Positions 1 to 9,642 of a stretch of 64,000 nt of DNA are shown piece after piece. Numbering within the stretch: position 1 is the stretch's first letter; every line of letters begins with the position of its first letter. Both the position numbers and the translations under genes were made by a program. Under the pieces are notes generated by a model that saw only the letters and a list, made by a program, of their open reading frames with translations, was not told where the DNA came from and searched no databases. The DNA lies in the IMG/VR virus record IMGVR_UViG_3300034418_006582, positions 1 through 64,000 of that record. One strand, written 5' to 3'. This stretch comes from a virus.

Positions 1-83
1 ACAAGGTAGAAGTCCAACATAAAGAAAGCCCCTCGTAAAGAGGGGTTTTCCGATTCTATAGATCCAGTATTGCTATTTGTTAG
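1..83. repeat. Left copy of perfect inverted repeat (truncated by window edge)
   Basis: 1-83 is the exact reverse complement of 11266-11348. Confidence 0.95.
25..49. terminator. Intrinsic terminator within the inverted repeat
   Basis: AAAGCCCCTC-GTAAA-GAGGGGTTTT hairpin just downstream of the leftward operon. Confidence 0.8.
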
Positions 84-669
84 TTCTGTATTCGTCAGTT
101 TGAAATTCTTTAGGTATAGGAATTACCCAAGACATCTGATCTAATACATCTTGTGTTTTAATTTTTGTGATGATATCTTTTCTGTTATATCGTCTGTAAG
201 GATGGTAAAGTGCTTTGTCTTTACTTACATATTTATTATATTTTTGGTAATCCTCAGTATAAACATTGCCTTTAGTTAATTTATCAGTCAATAACTGTAG
301 CCAAACTCTATCGATACCAACAAATCTTTGATAAAGATCAAATACAATATAATCTGCCTCGCCATATATCCAACCTGGTTTACCATCACCATTTTGATAC
401 TCAATCCATATAGTTCCCTCGTCTAAAGCGTCTTTTTCAGCTTTAATATCCATTGCACCCCAATGATCATAAGATGAAACAACATCGTATTTTTTGTATA
501 TGTTTTCTTGTAAAGTTGCCCACCTCACTTCATCATCGTATCTTTGTTTAAAAATATTGAAAAACTTTACTTCTGCTAACCTCCCACTATGCCCTTTAGC
601 TGGTTGATTAGATCTAGGGTGTATGTAAGCGTCAGTAGTATTTAATAAATTATCATCATTGTTTGGCAT
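73..669 (-). CDS. Putative PD-(D/E)xK nuclease
   Basis: AE..F, YD, DIKAEK and IWIEYQN..GKPGWIYGEADY motifs; ATG at 669 has a GAAAGGA RBS. Confidence 0.55.
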   Translation of the reverse strand: MPNNDDNLLNTTDAYIHPRSNQPAKGHSGRLAEVKFFNIFKQRYDDEVRWATLQENIYKKYDVVSSYDHWGAMDIKAEKDALDEGTIWIEYQNGDGKPGWIYGEADYIVFDLYQRFVGIDRVWLQLLTDKLTKGNVYTEDYQKYNKYVSKDKALYHPYRRYNRKDIITKIKTQDVLDQMSWVIPIPKEFQTDEYRTNK

Positions 670-1387
670 ATAAAATCCTTTCCCTCGCAATGTCAAAATA
701 TTCTTTCTTTTTTTCGATACCTATAAAATTTCTATCGGTGTTAAATGCTGCAACACCACTTGTACCAGATCCCATACAGTTGTCTAACACAACATCACCA
801 GGATCTGTATAACTTTTTATTAAAAATTCAGCTAAAGCAACAGGTTTTTGTGTTGGATGTAATCCTCTATCTCTTGTAAACTTTTGAATTGTTTTAGGAT
901 ATCTAAAACCGTCATTTTCTGTAAGAGTTCTTTTAAGTGGCTTACCTTTCCAATTCTCACTACTTCTACCAGAATATTGAGAATATGCTTCTCCTTTTGT
1001 AAACTGTGGATTATATTTCATAGGTTGTGTTTTTCCATAAGTAACACGACCTTTTCCAAATATAAGCACATACTCGTGGATTCTAATTGGTTGCCATTTT
1101 GCACTGACAAAATTAGTTCCATTATCTTTTTCCCATACAATATCATATTTGTATAAGTCTGATCCATTTCTGATCAACTCTTGAGCAAATTTCATAGTTG
1201 CGTGCATTGCTATACACCCACCGTCTTTAACAATTCGTCTGTAATGATCAAATAAAATTTTAGAGTCTATTAGTTTGTTGTCCCAATTATTACCAGTTTC
1301 TTTGTATGGTAAATCTACTAATACCATATCTATAGAGTTATCCTCTATGATAGGCAATATGTCTAAACAATCATTGTTGTAAAGCAT
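656..1387 (-). CDS. DNA methyltransferase (N6A/N4C, beta class)
   Basis: DLPY, HPTQKP and VLDNCMGSGTSG motifs; likely start MLYNNDCL at 1387. Confidence 0.92.
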   Translation of the reverse strand: MLYNNDCLDILPIIEDNSIDMVLVDLPYKETGNNWDNKLIDSKILFDHYRRIVKDGGCIAMHATMKFAQELIRNGSDLYKYDIVWEKDNGTNFVSAKWQPIRIHEYVLIFGKGRVTYGKTQPMKYNPQFTKGEAYSQYSGRSSENWKGKPLKRTLTENDGFRYPKTIQKFTRDRGLHPTQKPVALAEFLIKSYTDPGDVVLDNCMGSGTSGVAAFNTDRNFIGIEKKKEYFDIARERILYAKQ

Positions 1388-2165
1388 TTTCAATTCTTTT
1401 CTGTGCGATATCGTAATAATTAATATCTTGATCAATTCCAGTAAAAGATCTACCTAAATTAGCACAAGCTACTCCAGTAGTGCCACTTCCCATGACAGGA
1501 TCTAAGACACTTTCACCTTCTTTTGTATATGTGTTGATAAGATATTCCAGTAATGCTACTGGCTTTTGTGTTGGGTGATGTCCACGATCACCTTTTGCCC
1601 TATTGTTAAAAAGTTGTACAGAGCTAGGATATCTTAGCTCATCATTACCTGCGTCATTAGTTGAATCATGTGTTCCTTTATTTATTCCCTGCCCCATAAA
1701 TTCACCAACGGCTTTTCTTGATTTGTCCGAGTAAGCATATTTAGATCTTGATAAACCTGTGCCTTTTCTTTCCTCTTTTATAGGATAATATTTAGGTTTA
1801 TTTTTCCCAAAGACTAAAACACTCTCATGTTCTTTCATAGGTGCATATTTGGCCTGAGCAAAATTACTTGCACCAGTTTTTTGATATATCCACTCATATC
1901 TAAACATTTCATAATTACTTGAAACTAAAGCACTTGTAAATGGTTGTGACGCTGTAAAAACTAATGCTGCGTGATCTTTTGTACAGTAATCAATAGCTGA
2001 CCATAATTGTTCAAATGGTATAATCGCGTCCCATTTACAATTTGTTGTTCCATATGGTAGATCAGCAAATACCATATCAAAATGTTTAGACGGTAATGAA
2101 TACATTGTTTCTAAACAATTGCCTACAAATAGATCTATATCTATTTGTTTATTTTTTAAGCTCAT
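1371..2165 (-). CDS. DNA methyltransferase (N6A/N4C, beta class)
   Basis: DLPYG, HPTQKP and VLDPVMGSGTTG motifs. Confidence 0.93.
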   Translation of the reverse strand: MSLKNKQIDIDLFVGNCLETMYSLPSKHFDMVFADLPYGTTNCKWDAIIPFEQLWSAIDYCTKDHAALVFTASQPFTSALVSSNYEMFRYEWIYQKTGASNFAQAKYAPMKEHESVLVFGKNKPKYYPIKEERKGTGLSRSKYAYSDKSRKAVGEFMGQGINKGTHDSTNDAGNDELRYPSSVQLFNNRAKGDRGHHPTQKPVALLEYLINTYTKEGESVLDPVMGSGTTGVACANLGRSFTGIDQDINYYDIAQKRIENALQQ

Positions 2166-2877
2166 CTAACCTCTTTTTCGCTACATTATAATAATAGTCA
2201 TCTAACTCATAACCTACAAACTTCATATTATTTTCTAAGGCAACAACACCAGTTGTTCCTAAACCCATAAAAGGATCTAATATTGTTGCGCCCTCGTTAG
2301 CGAAATGTTTTAAGATTGTTTCAACTAATTCTTTTGGAAAAGTAGCTTTATGTTTTTTATCATAACTAGGCTCTCGTCTTATGTCCCATACATTTGATAC
2401 TGTGCCACGATCAAATGGAGCTTTTGTAAATTGTCTTGATATAGCATTATCTTTTTCAAAAACTAATATATTTTCATATTGTGAATTTAAAACTTGTGGT
2501 TGCATTGCTGGTTGTGCAATTACTTTATTCCATATAATAACTTCTTTTAATTGCTCATTTAGATCTCCCATGATACGAAATAAAGCTCTTTTGTTTCCAG
2601 TCAAAAACTGAACATTATAAAAAACTAAATTGGAGATTCTAATAAGTTCTCTTAATACCTCGATGTGAAATTCGTAATATTGATCCATAGTTAGTTTGTC
2701 GTCAAAATTGCTTTTGTATTTAGTGGAAATTGAACTTTCCTCGGATCTAAATAAATATTTACCATATCTAATTCTTAAATTCATATTATACGGTGGACTT
2801 GTAATAGTTAAATCTACTGAATTATCGTCCATTTCTTTAAGAAGTTCTAGACAATTTCCTTTTTTTATCATTATCAC
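2149..2877 (-). CDS. DNA methyltransferase (N4C/N6A, beta class)
   Basis: TSPPY, HKATFP and ILDPFMGLGTTG motifs. Confidence 0.93.
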   Translation of the reverse strand: MIMIKKGNCLELLKEMDDNSVDLTITSPPYNMNLRIRYGKYLFRSEESSISTKYKSNFDDKLTMDQYYEFHIEVLRELIRISNLVFYNVQFLTGNKRALFRIMGDLNEQLKEVIIWNKVIAQPAMQPQVLNSQYENILVFEKDNAISRQFTKAPFDRGTVSNVWDIRREPSYDKKHKATFPKELVETILKHFANEGATILDPFMGLGTTGVVALENNMKFVGYELDDYYYNVAKKRLDELKK

Positions 2878-3041
2878 CTTTCGTTAGTTAGTGGAAGGGG
2901 GTATCTTACCCCCTAGCAACCTCTTAAATTCTCAACTAGTTGAATAGTTCAAATTATGGCTGTCTCCCACCATTTTACAAAGCGTGTAAGCTAGCTTGCT
3001 ATCGATCAACTATTTAGCTGATCTCTTAATGCTTTGTAAAG

Positions 3042-3116
3042 TGGAGCTGGAGGGAATCGAACCCTCGTTAGATTACTGGTAATTGGGGACCAGCAACCTC
3101 TAACCCTGTCAGCCCC
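3042..3116 (-). ncRNA. tmRNA-like tRNA-like domain without an mRNA-like domain
   Basis: GGGGCTG/CAGCTCC acceptor stem with G3:U70 and A73, stemless D loop, 10-bp helix with 8-nt loop, T arm GAGGG-TTCGATT-CCCTC. Confidence 0.75.
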
Positions 3117-3759
3117 TTAGATCCAGTTGATCTTTAATCCATTCAATAATATCTTGTGGACTGTTAGATCCGAGATCTTTAACAATCTTTTCTTCCCATT
3201 TATAAAAGTGATCAGCGTCAATACCAAATCTGTATCGACCTAGTTTAAATCTAATTGTTGTTTCATCATCAGGTTCGTCAATATCCTCTTCCTCAAATAT
3301 GTTGTATTCCATATCATCTAAAAGGTTTTGCATATCATCTAAATCAAAACCAACACCAGAAAGATCTTCAGTATCTGTAGCTACTTTATCTAACAGATCC
3401 ATAAGTTCATCGGTTTTCCAACCACCTTTTTCTACTAATCTATTTGAAGCAATTAAATATGCGTCAGCCTCAGCGTCTGACTTAAAAGAAACACCTGTAA
3501 CAACAGGAATCAACCAATTACCATCATCATCTAAGTTGATGTTTGTTGGTGGATTACTTTTATCTTCTTTTTCTAATAATTTAAGTGTTTCAAGCCGACC
3601 ATGACCAGCAACTAGTTTCCCAGTTGTTTCATTTTTTATAATCGGCTCTACAAAGCCCCATCTTTTAATAGATGAATAGATCTCCCCAATATCATGATCT
3701 TTAGGGTTAGCATCTGCCACCTCTATATCATTTAATGAGAAATATTCTATTTTTGTCAT
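3109..3759 (-). CDS. ParB/Srx-like N-terminal domain protein
   Basis: NPKDHD..SIKRWGFVEPII..LVAGHGRL..ASNRL pattern. Confidence 0.8.
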   Translation of the reverse strand: MTKIEYFSLNDIEVADANPKDHDIGEIYSSIKRWGFVEPIIKNETTGKLVAGHGRLETLKLLEKEDKSNPPTNINLDDDGNWLIPVVTGVSFKSDAEADAYLIASNRLVEKGGWKTDELMDLLDKVATDTEDLSGVGFDLDDMQNLLDDMEYNIFEEEDIDEPDDETTIRFKLGRYRFGIDADHFYKWEEKIVKDLGSNSPQDIIEWIKDQLDLRG

Positions 3760-4197
3760 TTAAAAAGGTAAATCACTATCTGCTGGCTTATTAAATACTT
3801 CATCAGCATTTAATGTAGTATCAGCTTTGGGTGGTGTAGGTGCTGCACCGTTGTTTATAGTTACAGAACCAAATACAACTGAAACGCCAAGTTCGTCAAC
3901 AATTATTTTTGTTGATTTACCCTTAGTGCCATCTTTTTTGTCATAAGTGCTTACTTCTAACTTACCTTTAATGATCACTGGTAAACTTTTAGTTCCACCA
4001 CCAAAACAATCAGAAATTTTATCAGCTAATGCGTTTCTTTCATTGTTGAAAGCAATTACATCAAACCAACCATCTTCTTTGTCTTTACCTTGATATACTT
4101 TTAGACCAGCAGTCATGTAAGAGTTACCACTATTGCTAGTTTTATACTCTACATTACATAATGTTCCACTAATAACTATTTCATTTGGAAATGCCAT
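3760..4197 (-). CDS. ssb: Single-stranded DNA-binding protein
   Basis: OB-fold pattern (WFDVIAF, IIKGKL, YDKKDG) and acidic C-terminal DLPF. Confidence 0.88.
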   Translation of the reverse strand: MAFPNEIVISGTLCNVEYKTSNSGNSYMTAGLKVYQGKDKEDGWFDVIAFNNERNALADKISDCFGGGTKSLPVIIKGKLEVSTYDKKDGTKGKSTKIIVDELGVSVVFGSVTINNGAAPTPPKADTTLNADEVFNKPADSDLPF

Positions 4198-4703
4198 TAT
4201 TCTTCTCCTAACTTATTCTTAACTTTAAAAAGCCCTGAGCTAAAACCTATGCCACCTTCTTCAGCGCATTGTTTTGCGTAGCTTTCTTTTCCACCATCAA
4301 ACCACTCTTTTGAATAATCAATGGTTTCGTATTTTGCTTTAGTGCCTTGCAATTGTCTTTTTTTACCAGACTCATACATAGCATGAGCAAAACTTTCACA
4401 ACCTATTTCTTTTAAATAATCATTTAATGAATATTTTTTTCCCTCAAATTGTGGCACTTCATGATCAGTGTATTCATATCTCATGATCTCCGATGCAGAA
4501 GCATATATTTTTGACGGATTTGGGACAAATTCATCACCAGCTTTAAATGATCTTTCAATAGCACCTTCAATGTGTCTTATATCAAAACCTTTTAATTCAT
4601 CAAAAGCACTAATTGCTTGTTCATCAGTCCAGTGAAAATTTGGCCATTTTAATTTCATAAAATTAACACAGTTTGCCCATTGATTTTTATTCATTGTTTT
4701 CAC
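4197..4703 (-). CDS. Hypothetical protein, possible helicase loader/inhibitor
   Basis: Follows the initiator; F.P.PS.I pattern. Confidence 0.4.
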   Translation of the reverse strand: MKTMNKNQWANCVNFMKLKWPNFHWTDEQAISAFDELKGFDIRHIEGAIERSFKAGDEFVPNPSKIYASASEIMRYEYTDHEVPQFEGKKYSLNDYLKEIGCESFAHAMYESGKKRQLQGTKAKYETIDYSKEWFDGGKESYAKQCAEEGGIGFSSGLFKVKNKLGEE

Positions 4704-5409
4704 TTTCTACCCATGCTTGTAATTCTGCTTTTGATTGTTGATTTACTAATTGTTTATCAATTTGTTTTTTATCTTTAGGTGAAACAACTTGATCTAACCA
4801 AAGCCAATTACCAACTAAAGCATCAGGAGTTGGTCTATCTTTCCAGCGAACAAAATAATTAAATCCTCGCCTGCGTATTTCATCAGGTGTCGCATTTAAG
4901 TCATTTAATTCTTTAGAAGCAACATTTAATTTACCTCTTACTTTTTTAGTTATTTCATCTTTACACTCTGAATAAGGTCTTCCTACACAAACTTCTACTA
5001 ATGCAGTAAAAAGTTCATTGTGTCTAGATTCTATTACTACATCTGTTTCGTTAGTTTCTTTATGTATTCTTTGTTTTCTTTTACGATCACGATCTATTTG
5101 TCTGCGATCAATTAAAGTACCATGATACTCAGCCCAGTCATGAATAATTAATTCGTTATCGTATTGATCTAGCCAACCTGCTTCAACTAATGCTTTTATA
5201 AATTCGTCATTATCGCCATCGTAATTCGCTGCCTTAGCAATTCTTTTCTGATATTTAGTTATATCACCACTGTCTGCATAGGATAAAGCCCACCACCATA
5301 AATAATGTAGATGACCTATTACTTGTGCAGGGTGTAGTTTGAGAATTTCTGCTAGTTCATCAACTTTAGGATGTTGTGATAATGATTCATCACTTTTGAT
5401 CCATGCCAT
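4687..5409 (-). CDS. Phage replication initiator-like protein
   Basis: MAWIK..HPK..GHLHYLWWWA..GWL..IHDWAEY..RKRKQR winged-helix initiator pattern. Confidence 0.75.
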   Translation of the reverse strand: MAWIKSDESLSQHPKVDELAEILKLHPAQVIGHLHYLWWWALSYADSGDITKYQKRIAKAANYDGDNDEFIKALVEAGWLDQYDNELIIHDWAEYHGTLIDRRQIDRDRKRKQRIHKETNETDVVIESRHNELFTALVEVCVGRPYSECKDEITKKVRGKLNVASKELNDLNATPDEIRRRGFNYFVRWKDRPTPDALVGNWLWLDQVVSPKDKKQIDKQLVNQQSKAELQAWVESENNE

Positions 5410-5776
5410 TTTGTTCTCTCTCCTTTTCCCAATTTTTTAACAGTCCATTTACTAATGATTCTAGCTCAGACAATCTTGTAACTAAAAGACCGTCACCAGT
5501 TCCATTAGGCATACATATCATAGCAAAAGGTTTGTCTTGTTGCACCCCTTTTGTAGATTTTAATTTTTGTTCTGTTTGTTCTTCTATTCTAAAAAAAAGA
5601 CTTGCAACTTTATCAACTTGTTTTCCAGCTTTAACTTCAAACTGTACTTCAGAGTTCCAAAGTTCCTCGTCCATGTTTGAAGCACCAAATTCACGATCTG
5701 GCACTCTCAACAACTTTCTTGCTCGTTCTTGCTTTTGCAAGCCAGAACCCATTGCGTTTATTTGTTCGTCTTTCAT
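5390..5776 (-). CDS. PD-(D/E)xK resolvase-like protein
   Basis: FEVKAGKQ motif; paralog of 6012-6524. Confidence 0.5.
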   Translation of the reverse strand: MKDEQINAMGSGLQKQERARKLLRVPDREFGASNMDEELWNSEVQFEVKAGKQVDKVASLFFRIEEQTEQKLKSTKGVQQDKPFAMICMPNGTGDGLLVTRLSELESLVNGLLKNWEKEREQNGMDQK

Positions 5777-6033
5777 ACGAAATTAAATCCTGGATCTGCT
5801 TTAGGTTTATTTTTTATATAATCCATAAGCTCTTGTGTTTCTAAAATAATACTTTTGTTCATGTCTTTTGTTTGCAGTAAGTTGTCGTCATCATCAACGA
5901 GATCCTCTTCGTCAACCCATGCAACAATGCAATCAGATCCATAAGCCCAATCTTTTTCATCGCCATAAATAGTATGGCGATCTTTAAAAGTAATTATTGG
6001 TATTACTGCCATTATTCTTCGTATTCCTCCCAA
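5773..6033 (-). CDS. Hypothetical protein
   Basis: ORF coupled within the leftward operon. Confidence 0.6.
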   Translation of the reverse strand: MGGIRRIMAVIPIITFKDRHTIYGDEKDWAYGSDCIVAWVDEEDLVDDDDNLLQTKDMNKSIILETQELMDYIKNKPKADPGFNFV

Positions 6034-6524
6034 TTCTGTAAGAATCCTACCACAACATTTTCTATATCACTAATTCTAAACATAACTAATCCATCAGTTG
6101 TTCCATCAGGTTTTATTACACCGACAAATGGTTTCATATTTTTTCCGACATCGGCAAGGTTTGCATTTGATTGATCTTCCATTTTCAAAAACTTTGTCCA
6201 TATAGTTTGTATTTGCTTACCAGCTTTAACTTCAAATCTTAGTTCACCACGCCAATTTTCCTCATTGCCCATGTTTGATCTAAATCTGCTATTTGGTATT
6301 TTAAGTTGTTTACGAGCTTCTCGTTGTTTTCTCATACCTTTATTACGAGATCTTTTTCCACGCTTTTGAGCCTCAGTCCAATTAGATGTGTCTTTTCTAT
6401 TTTTTTGACCTATACCTTGCAAGCCTCGTTCTTCTGATTTACGCCTTTTCCAGTCAGAATATGTTTCATCATCTCTTATATCAAATTCTATATTATTATT
6501 CTTCTTCTCTATTTGCCCTGCCAT
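6012..6524 (-). CDS. PD-(D/E)xK resolvase-like protein
   Basis: SRNKG..QRE, FEVKAGKQ and PDGTTDGLV motifs. Confidence 0.5.
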   Translation of the reverse strand: MAGQIEKKNNNIEFDIRDDETYSDWKRRKSEERGLQGIGQKNRKDTSNWTEAQKRGKRSRNKGMRKQREARKQLKIPNSRFRSNMGNEENWRGELRFEVKAGKQIQTIWTKFLKMEDQSNANLADVGKNMKPFVGVIKPDGTTDGLVMFRISDIENVVVGFLQNWEEYEE

Positions 6525-6966
6525 TATTCTCCTTTAAGTTCTCTGCTGCATTTTTAAATAAACTAAATCCTCTACTACCTTCAGTAATAGGCATACCCAT
6601 TTCCTGCCATATTCCAAATATCTGCTGTCTTTTACTAGGTTTTTCTAAATAATCTAAAACATCTTCTATGTTCTTAAAATAATTCAATTTATTTAAAATT
6701 TTTAAAAAGTTAACAAATATAGGCCAGTCTTTCATAACACTTTCGATTCTTTCAGTGAGCATATTACCGTACCAGTCCATCTGTTTTTTTTCAAAAATAA
6801 ATTCTGCTTGTTTTAATAATTCTACTGTAATAGTAGATCTTAAAGAATCTGGTAGCGCTTTACCAAAATCACCGAAGTTACAAGGACAATCTGCTAAACA
6901 TGGTAAAAAAGGTTTAGCTTGACAATACATACAAGTTTCCTTTTCATCTCTTGAAAAATCACCCAT
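6496..6966 (-). CDS. Hypothetical protein with N-terminal Cys cluster
   Basis: Coupled ORF; CMYC..C...C.C. Confidence 0.65.
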   Translation of the reverse strand: MGDFSRDEKETCMYCQAKPFLPCLADCPCNFGDFGKALPDSLRSTITVELLKQAEFIFEKKQMDWYGNMLTERIESVMKDWPIFVNFLKILNKLNYFKNIEDVLDYLEKPSKRQQIFGIWQEMGMPITEGSRGFSLFKNAAENLKENNGRANREEE

Positions 6967-7390
6967 TGATAATATCCTCTACTGAATTGACATTTTCCAT
7001 AAACAAATCAAAAACACCTGATATCTCACAGACTTTTATAAATTCATCTTCTTGATCTTTTTTTCTATATTGTTGAGCCAACTTATTATATTTTTTTATA
7101 CTAAAGTTATCTACTAAATTCTCTACATCTTCAAACAACCCAGCGTCAACATCGATAATTATTTCTTGATTTGGATTGTTGTAATATTCTTTGTACCAAT
7201 TTCTTTTGTCGTTTTTTATATTGTTAATTGTATATCTGTTAAACATTTCAGACATATTATCTAAAAACTCAACTACTTCGTTAAAAGACATATTGTCTAA
7301 AAAATGATTATCAAATTCCAAATCATCATCAATAGGATTATAATTTTCGTCATCATTTTCAAAGGCTTCGTTTGGATCCCACATGTACAT
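6959..7390 (-). CDS. Hypothetical acidic protein
   Basis: Coupled ORF with GAGG RBS. Confidence 0.65.
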   Translation of the reverse strand: MYMWDPNEAFENDDENYNPIDDDLEFDNHFLDNMSFNEVVEFLDNMSEMFNRYTINNIKNDKRNWYKEYYNNPNQEIIIDVDAGLFEDVENLVDNFSIKKYNKLAQQYRKKDQEDEFIKVCEISGVFDLFMENVNSVEDIING

Positions 7391-7563
7391 TACCTCAGTT
7401 TACTTTCTATACAATTATTACAAATCGAATCTTTACTATTTTGTTTCATTTTATTTGCACAAAACATACAGACACCTAAACCAGGTTTAGACTTAACGAC
7501 ACCATTATCAATTTTTTGCTGCCACCAAGCGTCAGATCCGACTTTTGCATTTTTGTAAGACAT
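7390..7563 (-). CDS. Small zinc-finger protein (not in ORF track)
   Basis: 57-aa ORF MSYKNAK..CMFC..CNNC whose stop overlaps the next start. Confidence 0.55.
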   Translation of the reverse strand: MSYKNAKVGSDAWWQQKIDNGVVKSKPGLGVCMFCANKMKQNSKDSICNNCIESKLR

Positions 7564-7584
7564 GTATCCATGTTAGTCGATTTA

Positions 7585-8136
7585 CTAATTCCTTTCTTGT
7601 TTTACTTTTTTGATCCATGACTGCGTATTGCCCCAACACCATTCACTTGAACTCCAATCTTTCCACTGAGATCTTCCATAAATGTCTTGTGACAATAAAT
7701 AACCAAATTTAATATTAAAGTATTCAGTGTATTGAGCTTTTTGGAATGTAAACCCATAAGAAGTTTTTGATACTACTTGATCAGTATATGGTCGATCATT
7801 TTTCATTACTACCCATTCATTCCACATAGGCAAATCATATTTTTCAGCAACCCAATTCCATGTCCAACTCACAAACTGAAATAAACCTGTGTCATAGTTT
7901 CCTTCAGCAGTTCTAACAGCAGTTTCTACTCCTCTAGATTCGCACCATATAACCTTTACTGCTGTACTTAGCTGTTTATGATCTTCCCCAAAGTATTCAA
8001 TTAAAATATCAGCATGTTCTTTAATTTCATCAGATATTATTTGATTACATTGCCTATATTGATCAATAAAATTGAAAGTTAAATTTTGCTCAACTGGAAC
8101 TAATGTATAAAGAAATATTAAACACTCAGCTATCAC
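7585..8136 (-). CDS. Lytic transglycosylase (SLT/lysozyme-like)
   Basis: VIWCESRG..DTGLFQF..TW catalytic pattern; hydrophobic N-terminus. Confidence 0.75.
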   Translation of the reverse strand: MIAECLIFLYTLVPVEQNLTFNFIDQYRQCNQIISDEIKEHADILIEYFGEDHKQLSTAVKVIWCESRGVETAVRTAEGNYDTGLFQFVSWTWNWVAEKYDLPMWNEWVVMKNDRPYTDQVVSKTSYGFTFQKAQYTEYFNIKFGYLLSQDIYGRSQWKDWSSSEWCWGNTQSWIKKVKQERN

Positions 8137-8401
8137 TTAAAACCCCATATCTACATGCACCTGCTTCAATACTAGCAATTGTGCAGTCCTCAGGGATTAT
8201 TTCCTCGCTGTGATCACCAGTGCAAACATAACCGTTACAAAAAGAGATCCAATCATAGCGATCTCTATGTTCACAATCACTTGATCCAGGTACATCTTCG
8301 CAATATATCTGATCATAGTTTGCCCAATAGTAGTTATTACTATAAACTGGGTGGTTACCCCAACCAAAGTTCATACCAAGTCCAATAATTACTGCCCACA
8401 T
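8126..8401 (-). CDS. Hypothetical Cys-rich exported protein
   Basis: Coupled ORF; hydrophobic N-terminus; six Cys. Confidence 0.55.
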   Translation of the reverse strand: MWAVIIGLGMNFGWGNHPVYSNNYYWANYDQIYCEDVPGSSDCEHRDRYDWISFCNGYVCTGDHSEEIIPEDCTIASIEAGACRYGVLSDS

Positions 8402-8733
8402 TATATTTCTACACCATGTTTGTTTAAGTAATCAACAAACAACTGATCATATTTAAGATATGTTGTGACATTTATGTAATCAGGTCTTTTTTTTGATACA
8501 TTCTTATTATTAATTGATGATTTACCTTGCATAATCCTGTAGTAGTTTGGTCTATTAATTTTATGTTCTCTACAAAATTTTGTCACATCTTTATTACTAA
8601 CAGCTAATTCATGAAATGTATGCCAATATGATGGCATTTTCATAGACCATCTTGTTTTCTGATTACAAGTATTACATATGATACTATGATCTTTATCATT
8701 CAATACTTCATAATCTTTTAAATCAATATTCAT
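8401..8733 (-). CDS. Hypothetical protein (CxxC, possible HTH)
   Basis: CNTC; VTKFCREHKINRPNYYRIMQG resembles a helix-turn-helix. Confidence 0.55.
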   Translation of the reverse strand: MNIDLKDYEVLNDKDHSIICNTCNQKTRWSMKMPSYWHTFHELAVSNKDVTKFCREHKINRPNYYRIMQGKSSINNKNVSKKRPDYINVTTYLKYDQLFVDYLNKHGVEI

Positions 8734-9251
8734 ATTCTCCTACTTCCCTCGTCTAAGTTGATAGCCCACTTAGGTGCATTTGATAGCCCTGTATCTATAA
8801 CTTGCAACTTAGGATCAGTGTCCCATTCTTTATGAGTAAAGGTATCTCTAGCTAATTGCTTGTCCATACCTTTTTTGCTTGCTACTGCGTCAAGTCCTCT
8901 AAGTTTTGGAACAAAGTTGTTGCCTACAATTGCAATTAAATTATTTAAAGCATCTTCAGATAATTCTTTACCTGTTGCCCAATCGAGAAGTTTACGAACA
9001 TCTTGTGATACAGTTTTATATCCTTTACTAAAGTTATAAACTCTGCCACCTAATTTCAATGCACCTTTTTCCTCTACATCATTAGCAATCTTTACTTCAA
9101 CAAACTTGTTGATTTTTGTAGTACTGTCTTTAGCCTCAAGTGATACACCTCTAGCAACAATCAATTCAATAGGTTCATCAATTGCTTGAAGTTCTGTGTT
9201 AGCCAGATCTTCTTCTCCACTTTTAGCTATTTCCCAAATAAGATCTCTCAT
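8730..9251 (-). CDS. Hypothetical protein
   Basis: 173-aa ORF with GGAGG RBS. Confidence 0.7.
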   Translation of the reverse strand: MRDLIWEIAKSGEEDLANTELQAIDEPIELIVARGVSLEAKDSTTKINKFVEVKIANDVEEKGALKLGGRVYNFSKGYKTVSQDVRKLLDWATGKELSEDALNNLIAIVGNNFVPKLRGLDAVASKKGMDKQLARDTFTHKEWDTDPKLQVIDTGLSNAPKWAINLDEGSRRI

Positions 9252-9393
9252 TCTTCCTCCTTTACCCCACTTACATCTAAGTTCAAAGAGTAGTGAGCTA
9301 CTTTTAAACTTTCCTCAGCATTTTTAATTGCCTGTTCTTCGCTGTTAGCGAAGAATGTTGTGTGTCCATTTATAAACACTTTATACTTTTTCA

Positions 9394-9642
9394 TTATTCT
9401 TCCTCTCCAAACATTTCAAGCCAACACTTTGGGTGTGTGCCTGTAATCATCTGTTCTCTTAAATCTTTATCTAAAGACTTAACTGCTTCTTGAATGTGCA
9501 TACCTTGATGAAGATAAAACATTTCTTGTGTAAATATCTCTACTGTTCCTGTTTCTCCACAATGAAAACATTGTTTTGTTTCAACGACATACTTGTCGCC
9601 ATTCTCAAAGTCATATTTTTTTTCTATTACTTTATAACTCAT
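9394..9642 (-). CDS. Small zinc-binding protein
   Basis: CFHC..REQMITGTHPKCW. Confidence 0.7.
   Translation of the reverse strand: MSYKVIEKKYDFENGDKYVVETKQCFHCGETGTVEIFTQEMFYLHQGMHIQEAVKSLDKDLREQMITGTHPKCWLEMFGEEE

Noticed and set aside
73-2877. Type II restriction-modification system
   Set aside because: The nuclease is a generic phage PD-(D/E)xK protein; cognate specificity cannot be shown from sequence
3042-3116. Canonical tRNA
   Set aside because: No D stem, a 10-bp helix and an 8-nt loop in place of the anticodon arm; termini match tmRNA
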